NCBI GenBank assembly: GCA_963793685.1
Contig: CAWCBJ010000004.1
Location: 82,618-146,617, forward strand
Direction: 5' to 3'
DNA from: an uncultured Gammaproteobacteria bacterium
Lineage (GTDB): Bacteria > Pseudomonadota > Gammaproteobacteria > Steroidobacterales > Steroidobacteraceae
Length of the DNA: 64,000 nucleotides
Made by a program: the position numbers and the translations under genes. Each line of letters starts with the position of its first letter. The stretch's first letter is position 1. Shown piece after piece: positions 20,701 to 29,029 of the stretch. Under the pieces are notes generated by a model. That model ran no database searches and was not told the DNA's origin. It was given only the letters and a program-made list of their open reading frames with translations.

Positions 20701-21182
20701 AGGTGATGGATCTCGAGCGCACGGATGAGGCGGCGATTCGCGCCGCGGGTGAACATTTCAAACGCTGGCTGGCGCTGCATGGCGTCCCCGAGGAGCTGCT
20801 GCGGGACGCCAGCGCGCGAGTCATGGACGCATTGATTGCCGTTCACAGCGATCCTCGCGGTCGCTGGATATTGCAGAGAAGGGGAGGGCGCGACGATGTT
20901 CGCGAGTACGCCGTATCGGGACAATGGCGCGGCGAAGTGGTACGAGCCGTGTTCGACCGCAGCTTCATCGATGAGCGCGGCACTCGCTGGGTCATCGACT
21001 ACAAGACGAGCCAGCACGGCGGCGGAGCTGTCGCGGAGTTCTTGGATCGCGAGGTCGAGCGCTATCGGCCGCAATTGCAGCGCTATGCGCTGTTGGCCCG
21101 AAAATTGGGTCCCGAGCCGGTACGGGCCGGCTTGTATTTTCCGCTCATGCGGGCCTGGCGCGAATGGGCGCCGGAGAATTGA
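17728..21182 (+). pseudogene. addA: AddA-like UvrD/Rep-family helicase with C-terminal PD-(D/E)XK nuclease, broken by five +1 frameshifts
   Basis: The homologous sequence runs through frames 1>2>0>1>2>0. Segments, in order: [20 protein letters not shown]...[16 protein letters not shown]; [19 protein letters not shown]; ILLDEFQDTSSAQLEMV...CVGDPMQSIYGFRQA; EALAIAELIETRRRQHPDWRIAVLVRAR...TIHKAKGLEFDMVVLP...LYVACTRAK; SLLAVLWP; GSLVHAELQ...RWVIDYKTS. Junctions lie near 18140-18153, 18680-18692, 19345-19356, 20312-20322 and 20430-20600. The span is 3455 nt = 3n+2. Confidence 0.8.
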
Positions 21183-21192
21183 GGCTGCCGCA

Positions 21193-21885
21193 TCAGCGCG
21201 AATCGCGCCTGAGCGCGCCAAATCGCCGCTGGCGACCGGCGTAGTCGTCGAGCGCGCGCTGGAATCGCTTCTCGTCGAAGTCCGGCCAGAGACAGTCGGC
21301 GAAATGCAGCTCCGCATACGCGCATTCCCACAGCAGAAAATCGCTGAGCCGCTGTTCGCTGCCGGTGCGAATCAGCAGGTCGACCTCGCTTGCGGGATAC
21401 AGGGAATGGTCGACTTCGTGCAGCAAGCGCCGAAACCCCTCACGATCGAGATCAGAGACGTCCTTGGCCCGCTGCGCAGCCGCAATGATGCTGTGTTGCG
21501 ACGAATAGTCGACCGCGATGCGCAAGTGCATCCCGGATCCGGCGGCGCTCAACCGCTCGCTCTGCTCGATCGAGCGCAGCAGACTCTCGCTGAGCCGATC
21601 GCGCCGGCCGATGACATTGAGGCGGATCGACTGCTCGACGCAGCGGCGCGTCTCGGTAAACAGATATTGGCCGAACAAGCGCATCAACGCGGCGATTTCC
21701 GTCGCCGGACGAGCCCAGTTGGCGGCTGAGAATGCGTACAGCGTCAGGGTGTCGATGCCGGCCCGCGCGGCCACTTCGACCGCGCTGCGCACCGCTTTGG
21801 CGCCCTCGACGTGGCCGGCGGTGCGCGGCAGACCCCGCTGCGTGGCCCAGCGCCCGTTGCCGTCCATGATGATCGCGACATGCAT
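21193..21885 (-). CDS. uppS: isoprenyl transferase (undecaprenyl-diphosphate synthase family)
   Basis: MHVAIIMDGNGRWA, LTLYAFSAANWARP and RTGSEQRLSDFLLWE motifs. It is not in the usual frr-uppS-cdsA context, so it is probably a paralogue. Confidence 0.85.
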   Translation of the reverse strand: MHVAIIMDGNGRWATQRGLPRTAGHVEGAKAVRSAVEVAARAGIDTLTLYAFSAANWARPATEIAALMRLFGQYLFTETRRCVEQSIRLNVIGRRDRLSESLLRSIEQSERLSAAGSGMHLRIAVDYSSQHSIIAAAQRAKDVSDLDREGFRRLLHEVDHSLYPASEVDLLIRTGSEQRLSDFLLWECAYAELHFADCLWPDFDEKRFQRALDDYAGRQRRFGALRRDSR

Positions 21886-21901
21886 GATGGTTTACCGGCG
21901 G

Positions 21902-21944
21902 CTTTGCACTACAAAGTTAACATACAGAAAAAGTTTGCATTACA
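21902..21944. promoter_or_regulatory. two copies of a 12-mer (CTTTGCACTACA, GTTTGCATTACA) upstream of uppS; candidate operator
   Basis: Copies at 21902-21913 and 21933-21944 in the 77-nt spacer between the wHTH regulator gene and uppS. A third copy lies at 23003-23014. Confidence 0.35.
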
Positions 21945-21962
21945 TCCGGCTCCGGTCCCGCA

Positions 21963-22367
21963 CTAAACCCGCCGCGTCGCCTTGATCACGGCCTCGATGT
22001 GCTCCAGGTAGCGTAGCAAGGCTTTGCGCCCGAGAACCGTGATGCGATACAAAGATTTCGGCCGTCGTTCCTCGAAGGATTTGGTGCATGCGACGTAGCC
22101 CGCCTCTTCGAGCTTGCGCGCATGCGCACCGAGGTTGCCATCGCTGGCATTGAACAGCGACTTGAGTTCGTTGAAGGTGAGCTGATCGTTCATGGCGAGA
22201 GCGCTCATGATGCCGAGGCGCACCCTCTCGTAGATCAGCCGATCGAAGCCGGTGACCTTGTTCATGCCGGCGATATTCGGTACGGGCACGGGTCGCGGCG
22301 CCGCTTTGAGCGCCCCATCCGCACCCGGCGATTCATTACGTTTCGCAGCTGTCGGTTTATTGGCCAT
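21963..22367 (-). CDS. winged-helix (ArsR/MarR-like) transcriptional regulator
   Basis: 134 aa. RVRLGIMSALAMNDQLTFNELKSLFNASDGNLGAHARKLEEAGYV matches a wHTH recognition helix plus wing. Overlaps the upstream membrane-protein gene by 11 nt. Confidence 0.7.
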   Translation of the reverse strand: MANKPTAAKRNESPGADGALKAAPRPVPVPNIAGMNKVTGFDRLIYERVRLGIMSALAMNDQLTFNELKSLFNASDGNLGAHARKLEEAGYVACTKSFEERRPKSLYRITVLGRKALLRYLEHIEAVIKATRRV

Positions 22368-22959
22368 GGCTCAAGCGTCCGATGAGCAGGCCGAAAACGA
22401 TATGCAGGGCGCCGAACCCCGTGCCGAGAATCAGCGAATGGCTTTGCGGAGGCATGACGAACGCGCAGCACCCCAGGAAAACGAACAGCGCGCCCATGAT
22501 GCATATGAGCCGCATGGTGTTGGCAACGGTCACCGTGCTTGCCGACAGTACCGCACAGCCGTAGAGTAAAAGCCATGTGCCCGGCACAAGGCGGTCCATG
22601 CCCGTTCGCCAAAGGACGAACGTCAGCACCGCGCCGGCGAGCAGGGCGGGGCATAGGCACAGCAGGAACTTGCGCACCGGCCCGAGATAGCGCGCATGCC
22701 CGCTTTGGGCGGCTTGCCTTGCCATGAGGGCACCGCCCAAAAGGAACGCGACGCCGCCGGCGAACACCCATATCGTGAGCCAGTGAGAAGCCCAGCGAGG
22801 CATCATGGCCGCTATCGCGGCGATGATGCCGACGCAGCCCATGAACACACCCGCCATACCCGGCACGACCAATGAGCCGGACAATTCGATGGACGTGCGG
22901 ATATACGCCAGCGTTCCGAGCGCGTGGGTCTGAATCGACACCGGGACATCGGATCGCAT
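22357..22959 (-). CDS. integral membrane protein (5-6 predicted TM helices), function unknown
   Basis: 200 aa, strongly hydrophobic segments throughout. Co-operonic with the wHTH regulator. Confidence 0.6.
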   Translation of the reverse strand: MRSDVPVSIQTHALGTLAYIRTSIELSGSLVVPGMAGVFMGCVGIIAAIAAMMPRWASHWLTIWVFAGGVAFLLGGALMARQAAQSGHARYLGPVRKFLLCLCPALLAGAVLTFVLWRTGMDRLVPGTWLLLYGCAVLSASTVTVANTMRLICIMGALFVFLGCCAFVMPPQSHSLILGTGFGALHIVFGLLIGRLSHGQ

Positions 22960-23002
22960 AGGTGCTTCCGGAATCTAGCTTTACACGGCGCAAATTTAAG
23001 GG

Positions 23003-23014
23003 GTTTGCACTGTA
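23003..23014. promoter_or_regulatory. third copy of the 12-mer (GTTTGCACTGTA); candidate operator upstream of the membrane-protein/regulator operon
   Basis: Lies 44 nt upstream of the start at 22959. The copy at 21933-21944 lies 48 nt upstream of the uppS start. Confidence 0.35.
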
Positions 23015-23075
23015 TCGTCAAGCACTCTGCAATCCAGAGTGATAGCAGCGCCGCGGCGTCGTTCAGGCGCAAGCG

Positions 23076-23915
23076 CTAGAAGGTGAATTCGAAATCGACG
23101 GGTAGGCGGCCTTGCGCATCGCGCGCGTGCAGACGCGCAAGATCATCCAGCTCACGGCGCAGCGCCGCCGGTGCCTCCTCGCGTTCCCACACGGTCCCCG
23201 AGAGCATGGCGCTGCGTTGCTTGGCGGAGAAGTGAATCACCGCCTCGACGCCCAGCGGACCGCCGGTGTCGGTGATCTGCGCGGTTGCATCGGAATCGGG
23301 ACCCAGGGCCGAGTCGGCGAATCGCAGCAAGTAGCCTCCCAAATTCGCGCCCTGCGCCACTTGAGGCGTGGACAGATCGGACACGGTGACATTGCCCACG
23401 GCGGCTTGAAGGGTGGTTGCAGCTCCCGAAAAAGCCGCCCGCAGCTCGTTGATGTGGATTTGAGCGCTGCCGCGCCATCCCGCCGGCAGCCCCAAGCCGC
23501 GCAAATCCTCGATGGGGCCGCCGCCCTGAACGTCCGAGACGGTCAGGCTGTTGCGGTCGAGGCCGGCGGCGCCGTCGAGCACGAATCCGCCCCGCACCCA
23601 GCGCAAGTCGGCCGCTACACGAAGATGCAGCAGCGCTTCGGGACGGAGGCGCCATTCGACCGAACCGGCGTCCCGCGCGTTCACGGTGACCCTGCCGGCG
23701 GAGCCGTGCCAGATGCTGCCCGAAAAATCCTCCGCATGCACCGCCGCGGGTAGGAAACGCGCGACTAGGGAGGCGGGCAGGGCGCTCACGCCAACGGTGA
23801 GCGCCGCCAACACGAACATCGGCAGAACGTAGGACCAGATAGGGCGTGCCGGTGGGGTCGGCGGGGCCGGTGTTTGTCCGCTAGCGCCGCGGCGCAGCGA
23901 AGGTGATGTTCGCAT
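23076..23915 (-). CDS. gspN: type II secretion system protein N
   Basis: Last gene of the gsp block. N-terminal TM segment, then FSGSIWHGSAGRVTVN...GSVEWRLRPEALL, resembling GspN. ATG at 23915 is inside ORF 23076..24011. Confidence 0.7.
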   Translation of the reverse strand: MRTSPSLRRGASGQTPAPPTPPARPIWSYVLPMFVLAALTVGVSALPASLVARFLPAAVHAEDFSGSIWHGSAGRVTVNARDAGSVEWRLRPEALLHLRVAADLRWVRGGFVLDGAAGLDRNSLTVSDVQGGGPIEDLRGLGLPAGWRGSAQIHINELRAAFSGAATTLQAAVGNVTVSDLSTPQVAQGANLGGYLLRFADSALGPDSDATAQITDTGGPLGVEAVIHFSAKQRSAMLSGTVWEREEAPAALRRELDDLARLHARDAQGRLPVDFEFTF

Positions 23916-24378
23916 TGACCACTCCCGGTTTGTCGGCGCGGTCGATGGTGATCGATTCGATTGCAAGACCGTAGCGCTGATCCAGCGAGGCAATCCACGT
24001 AACCAAGGCATCGAAAGGCGCCGCCTCCAATTGCACTCGTACGCCGTTGCCGCTCGGCTGTGTAGCTCGCAACGCGCTGCCGAGGCCCGACTCTCGGCCC
24101 ACTCGGTCGACCACGACCACCGGCGCTTCGGTGCTGTCGAGCATGACGGTCGCGCGGCCCGCTTGGATTTCGGGCGCGTTCATACGCATCCACGCCAAAT
24201 CCGCGCGCTTGGTTTCAGCACGCTTCAGGGCGGTCGATACGGCTGTTTGTAGCGGCAGCACAACTGCGCCCACCAAAATCAGCAAACCGACGGCCACCGC
24301 GCCGATGCCGACCATGCGTTGCTCGCGCGGCTGCAGCGCGGCGTACCGGCGCCTAAGGTTGGCGATGAGCTCATTCAT
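23881..24378 (-). CDS. gspM: type II secretion system protein M
   Basis: 165 aa. N-terminal LQPREQRMVGIGAVAVGLLILV TM segment, with GspM size and position. Confidence 0.8.
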   Translation of the reverse strand: MNELIANLRRRYAALQPREQRMVGIGAVAVGLLILVGAVVLPLQTAVSTALKRAETKRADLAWMRMNAPEIQAGRATVMLDSTEAPVVVVDRVGRESGLGSALRATQPSGNGVRVQLEAAPFDALVTWIASLDQRYGLAIESITIDRADKPGVVNANITFAAPRR

Positions 24379-25643
24379 CAGTGTGCCTTCGCAGCAGCGG
24401 ACCTGACCTGTAAATGCGCCTCGATGGCGGCGCCCGTCGGCGTGGAGGATTGTATTTCGACCGTCAAGCCTCGTTTGCCCACCAGTTGAGACAGCTGAGA
24501 GAGCGCTGCGAGACTCGGTGCCGTCACTTTCAAATCGAGCGTTTGTTCGCGATAGCTGAGCGTATCAATGATGGTGTTCGGCATGGCCGATGTGGCGCCA
24601 CTCAAGGCCTCCAAGGCGCGCAAAAAGTATTCCGGTCCCGCTCCCGAGCGGCGAATGCGCTCGAGACGCGATTGCATCTGGCGACGCGGATCTTGCATCG
24701 CTTCGGTGGGCATCGCTTGAGAAAACACCTGGGCAATCTCGGTGTCGAGGGCGGCCGTTGCGCGGTTGGCTCGGTGAATCTCGAGCGACGCGGCCGCAAC
24801 GTGCACCACGAGCAGCGCTGCCGCCAACAGCACGGCGGTTCGCCATCGGCGCCAGCGTTCGCCGTAGTCCGTCGATCGAGCGAACTCGCCTTGCAGAAGA
24901 TTCACGGCATCGGTGGCGGCCAGATTGCGGGCCAACCACGGCAGCGGACCTTCGGGCAGAAGCTGTACCTTTAGCGATGCGAACTGATCCGCGAGCCGGG
25001 CGAACTCATCCTGCACTCGCGCCCAATCCTCGCGGGTCGCATACAGGATGGCACTCTCCAAAGCCTTCGGTGCCGATGTTTCCTCGAGAGGGTCCGGTAT
25101 CACTCCGGCGACCGACAACGCATCCGAGACCGGCGTGAGTTCCACGGCGAAGGGCAGCATTCCCGGGCGTCGCACCGCGAGTCGCGCCCCTTCCAGCCAA
25201 AGCACCGTTTGCCCCGGATTCTCGGGGATCAAGGCAATATCCGCATACACGGCGTACGGCTCGACACCGGCGCCGGTCAGTGACGAAACCCAGCCCTGCA
25301 GCACATTGCGCGCCACCACGGCAACCGGAGTACGCCCGCCGGTTTGGCGACGCCCGAGCGCGAAACACAGCTGGTCGATGTCTTCGGTAAGTTGCTCCTC
25401 GAGCGCAAACGGAACCGCGCGCGCCAGCTTGACTGCGCTGCCGGGGGGCAGTTCCGGTTCCGCCAATAAAATTTGTGTCGCCGACGCAAGCACCACGACT
25501 TTTGCGGACCGAGCAACGGCAGCCGCCAGAGTCAACGGTCCGCGCTGCTTCGCAGCCGTCGGTGCGCCGGTCTCATCGATGCTCACCCACTCGGCGTCTT
25601 CTTGACCGGCGGCGGGAAGGCGTAATAGCAGTGTGTGCGGCAT
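24378..25643 (-). CDS. gspL: type II secretion system protein L
   Basis: Internal ATG at 25643 (MPHTLLLRLPAAG...) gives 421 aa with a central TM segment. Lies between gspK and gspM. Confidence 0.8.
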   Translation of the reverse strand: MPHTLLLRLPAAGQEDAEWVSIDETGAPTAAKQRGPLTLAAAVARSAKVVVLASATQILLAEPELPPGSAVKLARAVPFALEEQLTEDIDQLCFALGRRQTGGRTPVAVVARNVLQGWVSSLTGAGVEPYAVYADIALIPENPGQTVLWLEGARLAVRRPGMLPFAVELTPVSDALSVAGVIPDPLEETSAPKALESAILYATREDWARVQDEFARLADQFASLKVQLLPEGPLPWLARNLAATDAVNLLQGEFARSTDYGERWRRWRTAVLLAAALLVVHVAAASLEIHRANRATAALDTEIAQVFSQAMPTEAMQDPRRQMQSRLERIRRSGAGPEYFLRALEALSGATSAMPNTIIDTLSYREQTLDLKVTAPSLAALSQLSQLVGKRGLTVEIQSSTPTGAAIEAHLQVRSAAAKAH

Positions 25644-25648
25644 GTGCT

Positions 25649-26680
25649 CTAGAGTGTTCCGAATGTGCGCAGCAGCGGCGTCACCTTGCCACCAGTACCT
25701 CGCCACAAAAGACTGTACAAGGTGAACTGCGTAGTGCCAAGCGTCACCCGGGTGGTGAGGCGGAAATAGGAGCTCTGGTCCGAGAACAGTTTGGACACAC
25801 TTTGGGCGTTGGGGCCCAAAATGTTGTTTAACGTTTGGATATCGGGAAAACAGCCGCTCGCGCGCGCGCTGGTGAGCAACTCCGGATTGTTGTACTCGCT
25901 GCTCAGATTGTCGGCGAGACTCTCGATCACCGGTCCCGGTGCGGTGCATATATTGATCGGCAGGTCGGCACGCGGCAGGGCGGTTACGTAGGGGGCGATC
26001 TTGCGATATCGGTCTGCTCCGAAGCCGGGAAGATTCATCAGTTCGCTCGGACTGGTCATCGGCCAATTGCCGGTTCGGTAGGGCGGTGATTGCGCCGTGT
26101 ACACCGCATCTTCCGCGCCATCGGGACTTCCCGGCTGATCGTCCGCATCGATCCAATCGCGGGCGATGGCGGCCCATTTAGGCTCCAATCCCACCGCGAC
26201 CAGCAGGCGTTGAAATTGTGCCAGCGGCAGCGGGTCCTGTTCGATTTTGCCGTTCACCAGGATGACATGGCCCAGATTGTTCAAATTGAAGCGACCCTGC
26301 ATATCCTCCAACGATCCCTGCACTACGCCGATCGGCTCTCCTTCGGGGTCGTTCTCCGGTGTGATGGGCAAGGGTTGCGTAGGTTGCGCCCATGGTTGGG
26401 CTAGAGTGACTTGCGAGCCGTTCTGCGTGTTCTGCGTGCTTTGGCCTGTCTGTCCCGCCGGAGAGGTCGGCGTTTTTTGCCCAATCTGACCGAGCACATC
26501 GGCCGCCAATGCTTCGGCGCCTATACCGAATTCAAATGCCTGCTCCGCGGCCATGACGCCGCTGGCGCGCCGTCGTTCCAGCCAGCCGTCGAAGGTGAGC
26601 TTGGTCGCGAGAATAGCCGCAAGCGCCACCAGGACGAGCGCGATGATCAACGCCACACCGCGCTCAGTCCGCCGACTCAC
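25649..26680 (-). CDS. gspK: type II secretion minor pseudopilin K
   Basis: The GTG at 26680 overlaps the gspJ stop (GTGA). ERGVALIIALVLVALAAILATKL prepilin-like N-terminus. Contains a Q/T-rich insert. Confidence 0.8.
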   Translation of the reverse strand: MSRRTERGVALIIALVLVALAAILATKLTFDGWLERRRASGVMAAEQAFEFGIGAEALAADVLGQIGQKTPTSPAGQTGQSTQNTQNGSQVTLAQPWAQPTQPLPITPENDPEGEPIGVVQGSLEDMQGRFNLNNLGHVILVNGKIEQDPLPLAQFQRLLVAVGLEPKWAAIARDWIDADDQPGSPDGAEDAVYTAQSPPYRTGNWPMTSPSELMNLPGFGADRYRKIAPYVTALPRADLPINICTAPGPVIESLADNLSSEYNNPELLTSARASGCFPDIQTLNNILGPNAQSVSKLFSDQSSYFRLTTRVTLGTTQFTLYSLLWRGTGGKVTPLLRTFGTL

Positions 26681-27435
26681 CCGGCCACCTCGATCAGTCG
26701 GCGTACGCGGCCCCAGTCCTTGAACTCCACCGTGATCTCCACCGCGACCGGCCGGCTCCACAGGGCTTCGGGCTGCGGCATAGTCGCGGGCGGCCACTGG
26801 TTCTGCCAGGTCTGGTTGGTATCGAGGTAGCGTAACTGGACGGTCTTTACTTGGCCGAACAGGTCCTGAAGCACGGGTTTCGAGCCCTGTACGGTGTCGA
26901 GCGCCGTGGTGTAGCTGCGCTTGAGCACATCGCCGACAAGAGCATAGGACACCCGTTGCAACGTGCTGCGCTGCTGGCCGGCAGTATTCGACCAGCCCGC
27001 GCGAGTGAGTTCGGCCAATGGGAGCGCGGAGTCGGAGGATGAGTTGCTGAAACTGGATTGGAATCCGGGACCCGAGTTGAAGTGCATGGCCGAAGAACCC
27101 GACGATGTGCTCCCGAAAACCTCACCCGCGACGCCGGCGCTGGTGCCGTTGCCGGAAAGGCCGTGCAGTGCCGGCAGGCGCGTCTGGCCGAGCGGATCGC
27201 GCACCGGCCGGGGCACCAGTTGCCCGAAATCCATGGTCACCACTCGCATGCCGAACTCAATTTCGCGCGAACGTTGCAATGCCTCCTCGGTCCGTTGCGC
27301 CGAGAGTCGCGCTTCCCGATAGGTGCCATAGCCCAGTGCCGACATGATGCCGAGGATCAAGAGCGCCACCAGCACTTCGACTAAGGTGAAGCCGCCGAGC
27401 GCTGCGCGCGCCTGATTTCGGCTGGGTGCGCTCAT
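26677..27435 (-). CDS. gspJ: type II secretion minor pseudopilin J
   Basis: The ATG at 27435 overlaps the gspI stop (ATGA). GGFTLVEVLVALLILGIM prepilin motif. Contains an S/G-rich insert. Confidence 0.85.
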   Translation of the reverse strand: MSAPSRNQARAALGGFTLVEVLVALLILGIMSALGYGTYREARLSAQRTEEALQRSREIEFGMRVVTMDFGQLVPRPVRDPLGQTRLPALHGLSGNGTSAGVAGEVFGSTSSGSSAMHFNSGPGFQSSFSNSSSDSALPLAELTRAGWSNTAGQQRSTLQRVSYALVGDVLKRSYTTALDTVQGSKPVLQDLFGQVKTVQLRYLDTNQTWQNQWPPATMPQPEALWSRPVAVEITVEFKDWGRVRRLIEVAG

Positions 27436-28010
27436 TGCGGCTGGACGCTGCCGGGCGGAGTGACGGTTCCGGGGGCCGGGGTGTTGGGAATGACCGCGGG
27501 CGTGGGGGAGGGTGTGCAGGGGGCCGCTGTTGCGCCGGCGACCTGCGTCCCGCCCGTTGTGGGAGTGCAGGGCGCCGCGGGCGCGGCGGTGGTGCCCGCG
27601 GTCCAATCGACATTGGAACTGCCCGGGGTGGCGACGGAGGCTCCCATGAAACCGTAGGATTCCGCAACGGGGTTGCTCTTGGTATCGGCTTTTCCAAGCC
27701 AAACGCGCACCACCACGCGCTTCATGTCGGTGATGCTGGTATCGAAGTAGCGGGTATCGTAGTGCCAGGTGCGATTAGCGAACTCGAGCTCACCGGTGTC
27801 GGCGCTTTGGCCGAGTTTGTTCACCGTCAGACGCACTTCGGTGAGGCGATTGAGAGCGATCCATTGTGCCAGCGTTTTGTCGCGCAAATAGCCGCTGGTG
27901 CGAGCCGTGCTGCTCACCGCGGTCATCAGGGCAGCCAATCCGATCGCGACGATCATCAGCGCGACCAGCACCTCCACCAACGTAAAGCCGCGGTTTCGCA
28001 AGCGGCTCAC
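27432..28010 (-). CDS. gspI: type II secretion minor pseudopilin I with a ~65-aa Pro/Thr/Ala-rich C-terminal extension
   Basis: GTG start at 28010. RGFTLVEVLVALMIVAIGLAALM prepilin motif. 192 aa against about 120-135 aa usual for GspI. Confidence 0.85.
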   Translation of the reverse strand: MSRLRNRGFTLVEVLVALMIVAIGLAALMTAVSSTARTSGYLRDKTLAQWIALNRLTEVRLTVNKLGQSADTGELEFANRTWHYDTRYFDTSITDMKRVVVRVWLGKADTKSNPVAESYGFMGASVATPGSSNVDWTAGTTAAPAAPCTPTTGGTQVAGATAAPCTPSPTPAVIPNTPAPGTVTPPGSVQPQ

Positions 28011-28547
28011 GTGGGCTTTTCCGGCTGGTTCGAATTCTCGATCGTCGTCTTGCCGAACGCGTTACCGTCGACCGATGTCCGGGTCCGCGTCGCCTCGCGC
28101 AGCAGCGTCAGGCGAAAGGGCGTTCCCTCGCCGCTCGCTGCGATCGCCACTTGGGGCGTAGGCGGCGCCGCATTGCTGTCCGGCTTTCGCTCAATGGGTT
28201 TGAGGACGACGACCTGCGAGTCCAATTCCAGTTGAAAAGTCACGCCCTTGGGCAATTCGCGGTGGCGAAATTCATGCTCGTCGTTGAACCTCAACCAAAG
28301 GCCGCGAGCCCGGTTCGTATACCAAGAATTCGTACGCCGTCGGCTCGATCAGCAATCCGAAATCGCGGCCCTCGAGCACCGCACGCTCGTGCAGCAGGTC
28401 AACCAAACCTTCGATGCGCCTGCTCTCCTCGTCCAGTTGTGAATCGCGTCCGGTGACGCCGATGGACAGCACCGCCAATGAGATGACCACCGCCGCGATC
28501 ACTACGACCACCAAAATTTCGACGAGCGTGAAACCCTTGCTGCGCAT
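28007..28547 (-). pseudogene. gspH: type II secretion minor pseudopilin H, +1 frameshift near 28296-28304
   Basis: ATG at 28547, MRSKGFTLVEILVVVVIAAVVISLAV...YEFLVYEPGSR. It then continues in the next frame as ...WLRFNDEHEFRHRELPKGVTFQLELD... and ends in a GTGA overlap with gspI. The span is 541 nt = 3n+1. Confidence 0.8.
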
Positions 28548-28572
28548 GGCGTGGCGCCGGCAAGCGGCTAGC

Positions 28573-29007
28573 CTACCGTTGTTCGAGCGTCGTGGTGCTG
28601 ATGTCCGCGTCGTAGCCTTCACCGCCGGGTTTGCCGTCGCGTCCGAAGCTCGTGATCTCGTAGTCGCGCCCATTGGGGCCCGGACTGACGTATTGATAGG
28701 GGTTGTTCCAAGGGTCCTTTGGCAAGGATGACAAATATCCACCGGCGCGATAATTGGTGATCGCTGCGTCGTTCGGCTGCGTCACCAATGCCTGTAAGCC
28801 TTGTTCGGTGGTCGGATATTTGAAATTATCCAGGCGGTAGAGGTCGAGTGCGGTCTGAATGGCCCTAATATCGCTGGCCGCACGGGTAACCCGGGCCTTG
28901 TCGACGTTCTCGAGGATTTTCGGCACGACGAGCGCACCCAACACTGCGAGAATGACGACCACGACCATGATCTCAATAAGGGTAAAACCGCTCTGGCGCT
29001 CGTGCAT
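28573..29007 (-). CDS. gspG: type II secretion major pseudopilin G
   Basis: MHERQSGFTLIEIMVVVVILAVLGALVVPKI and DPWNNPYQYVSPG...FGRDGKPGGEGYDADI. Confidence 0.95.
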   Translation of the reverse strand: MHERQSGFTLIEIMVVVVILAVLGALVVPKILENVDKARVTRAASDIRAIQTALDLYRLDNFKYPTTEQGLQALVTQPNDAAITNYRAGGYLSSLPKDPWNNPYQYVSPGPNGRDYEITSFGRDGKPGGEGYDADISTTTLEQR

Positions 29008-29029
29008 AGTGACCTCAAGAATTCCATGA

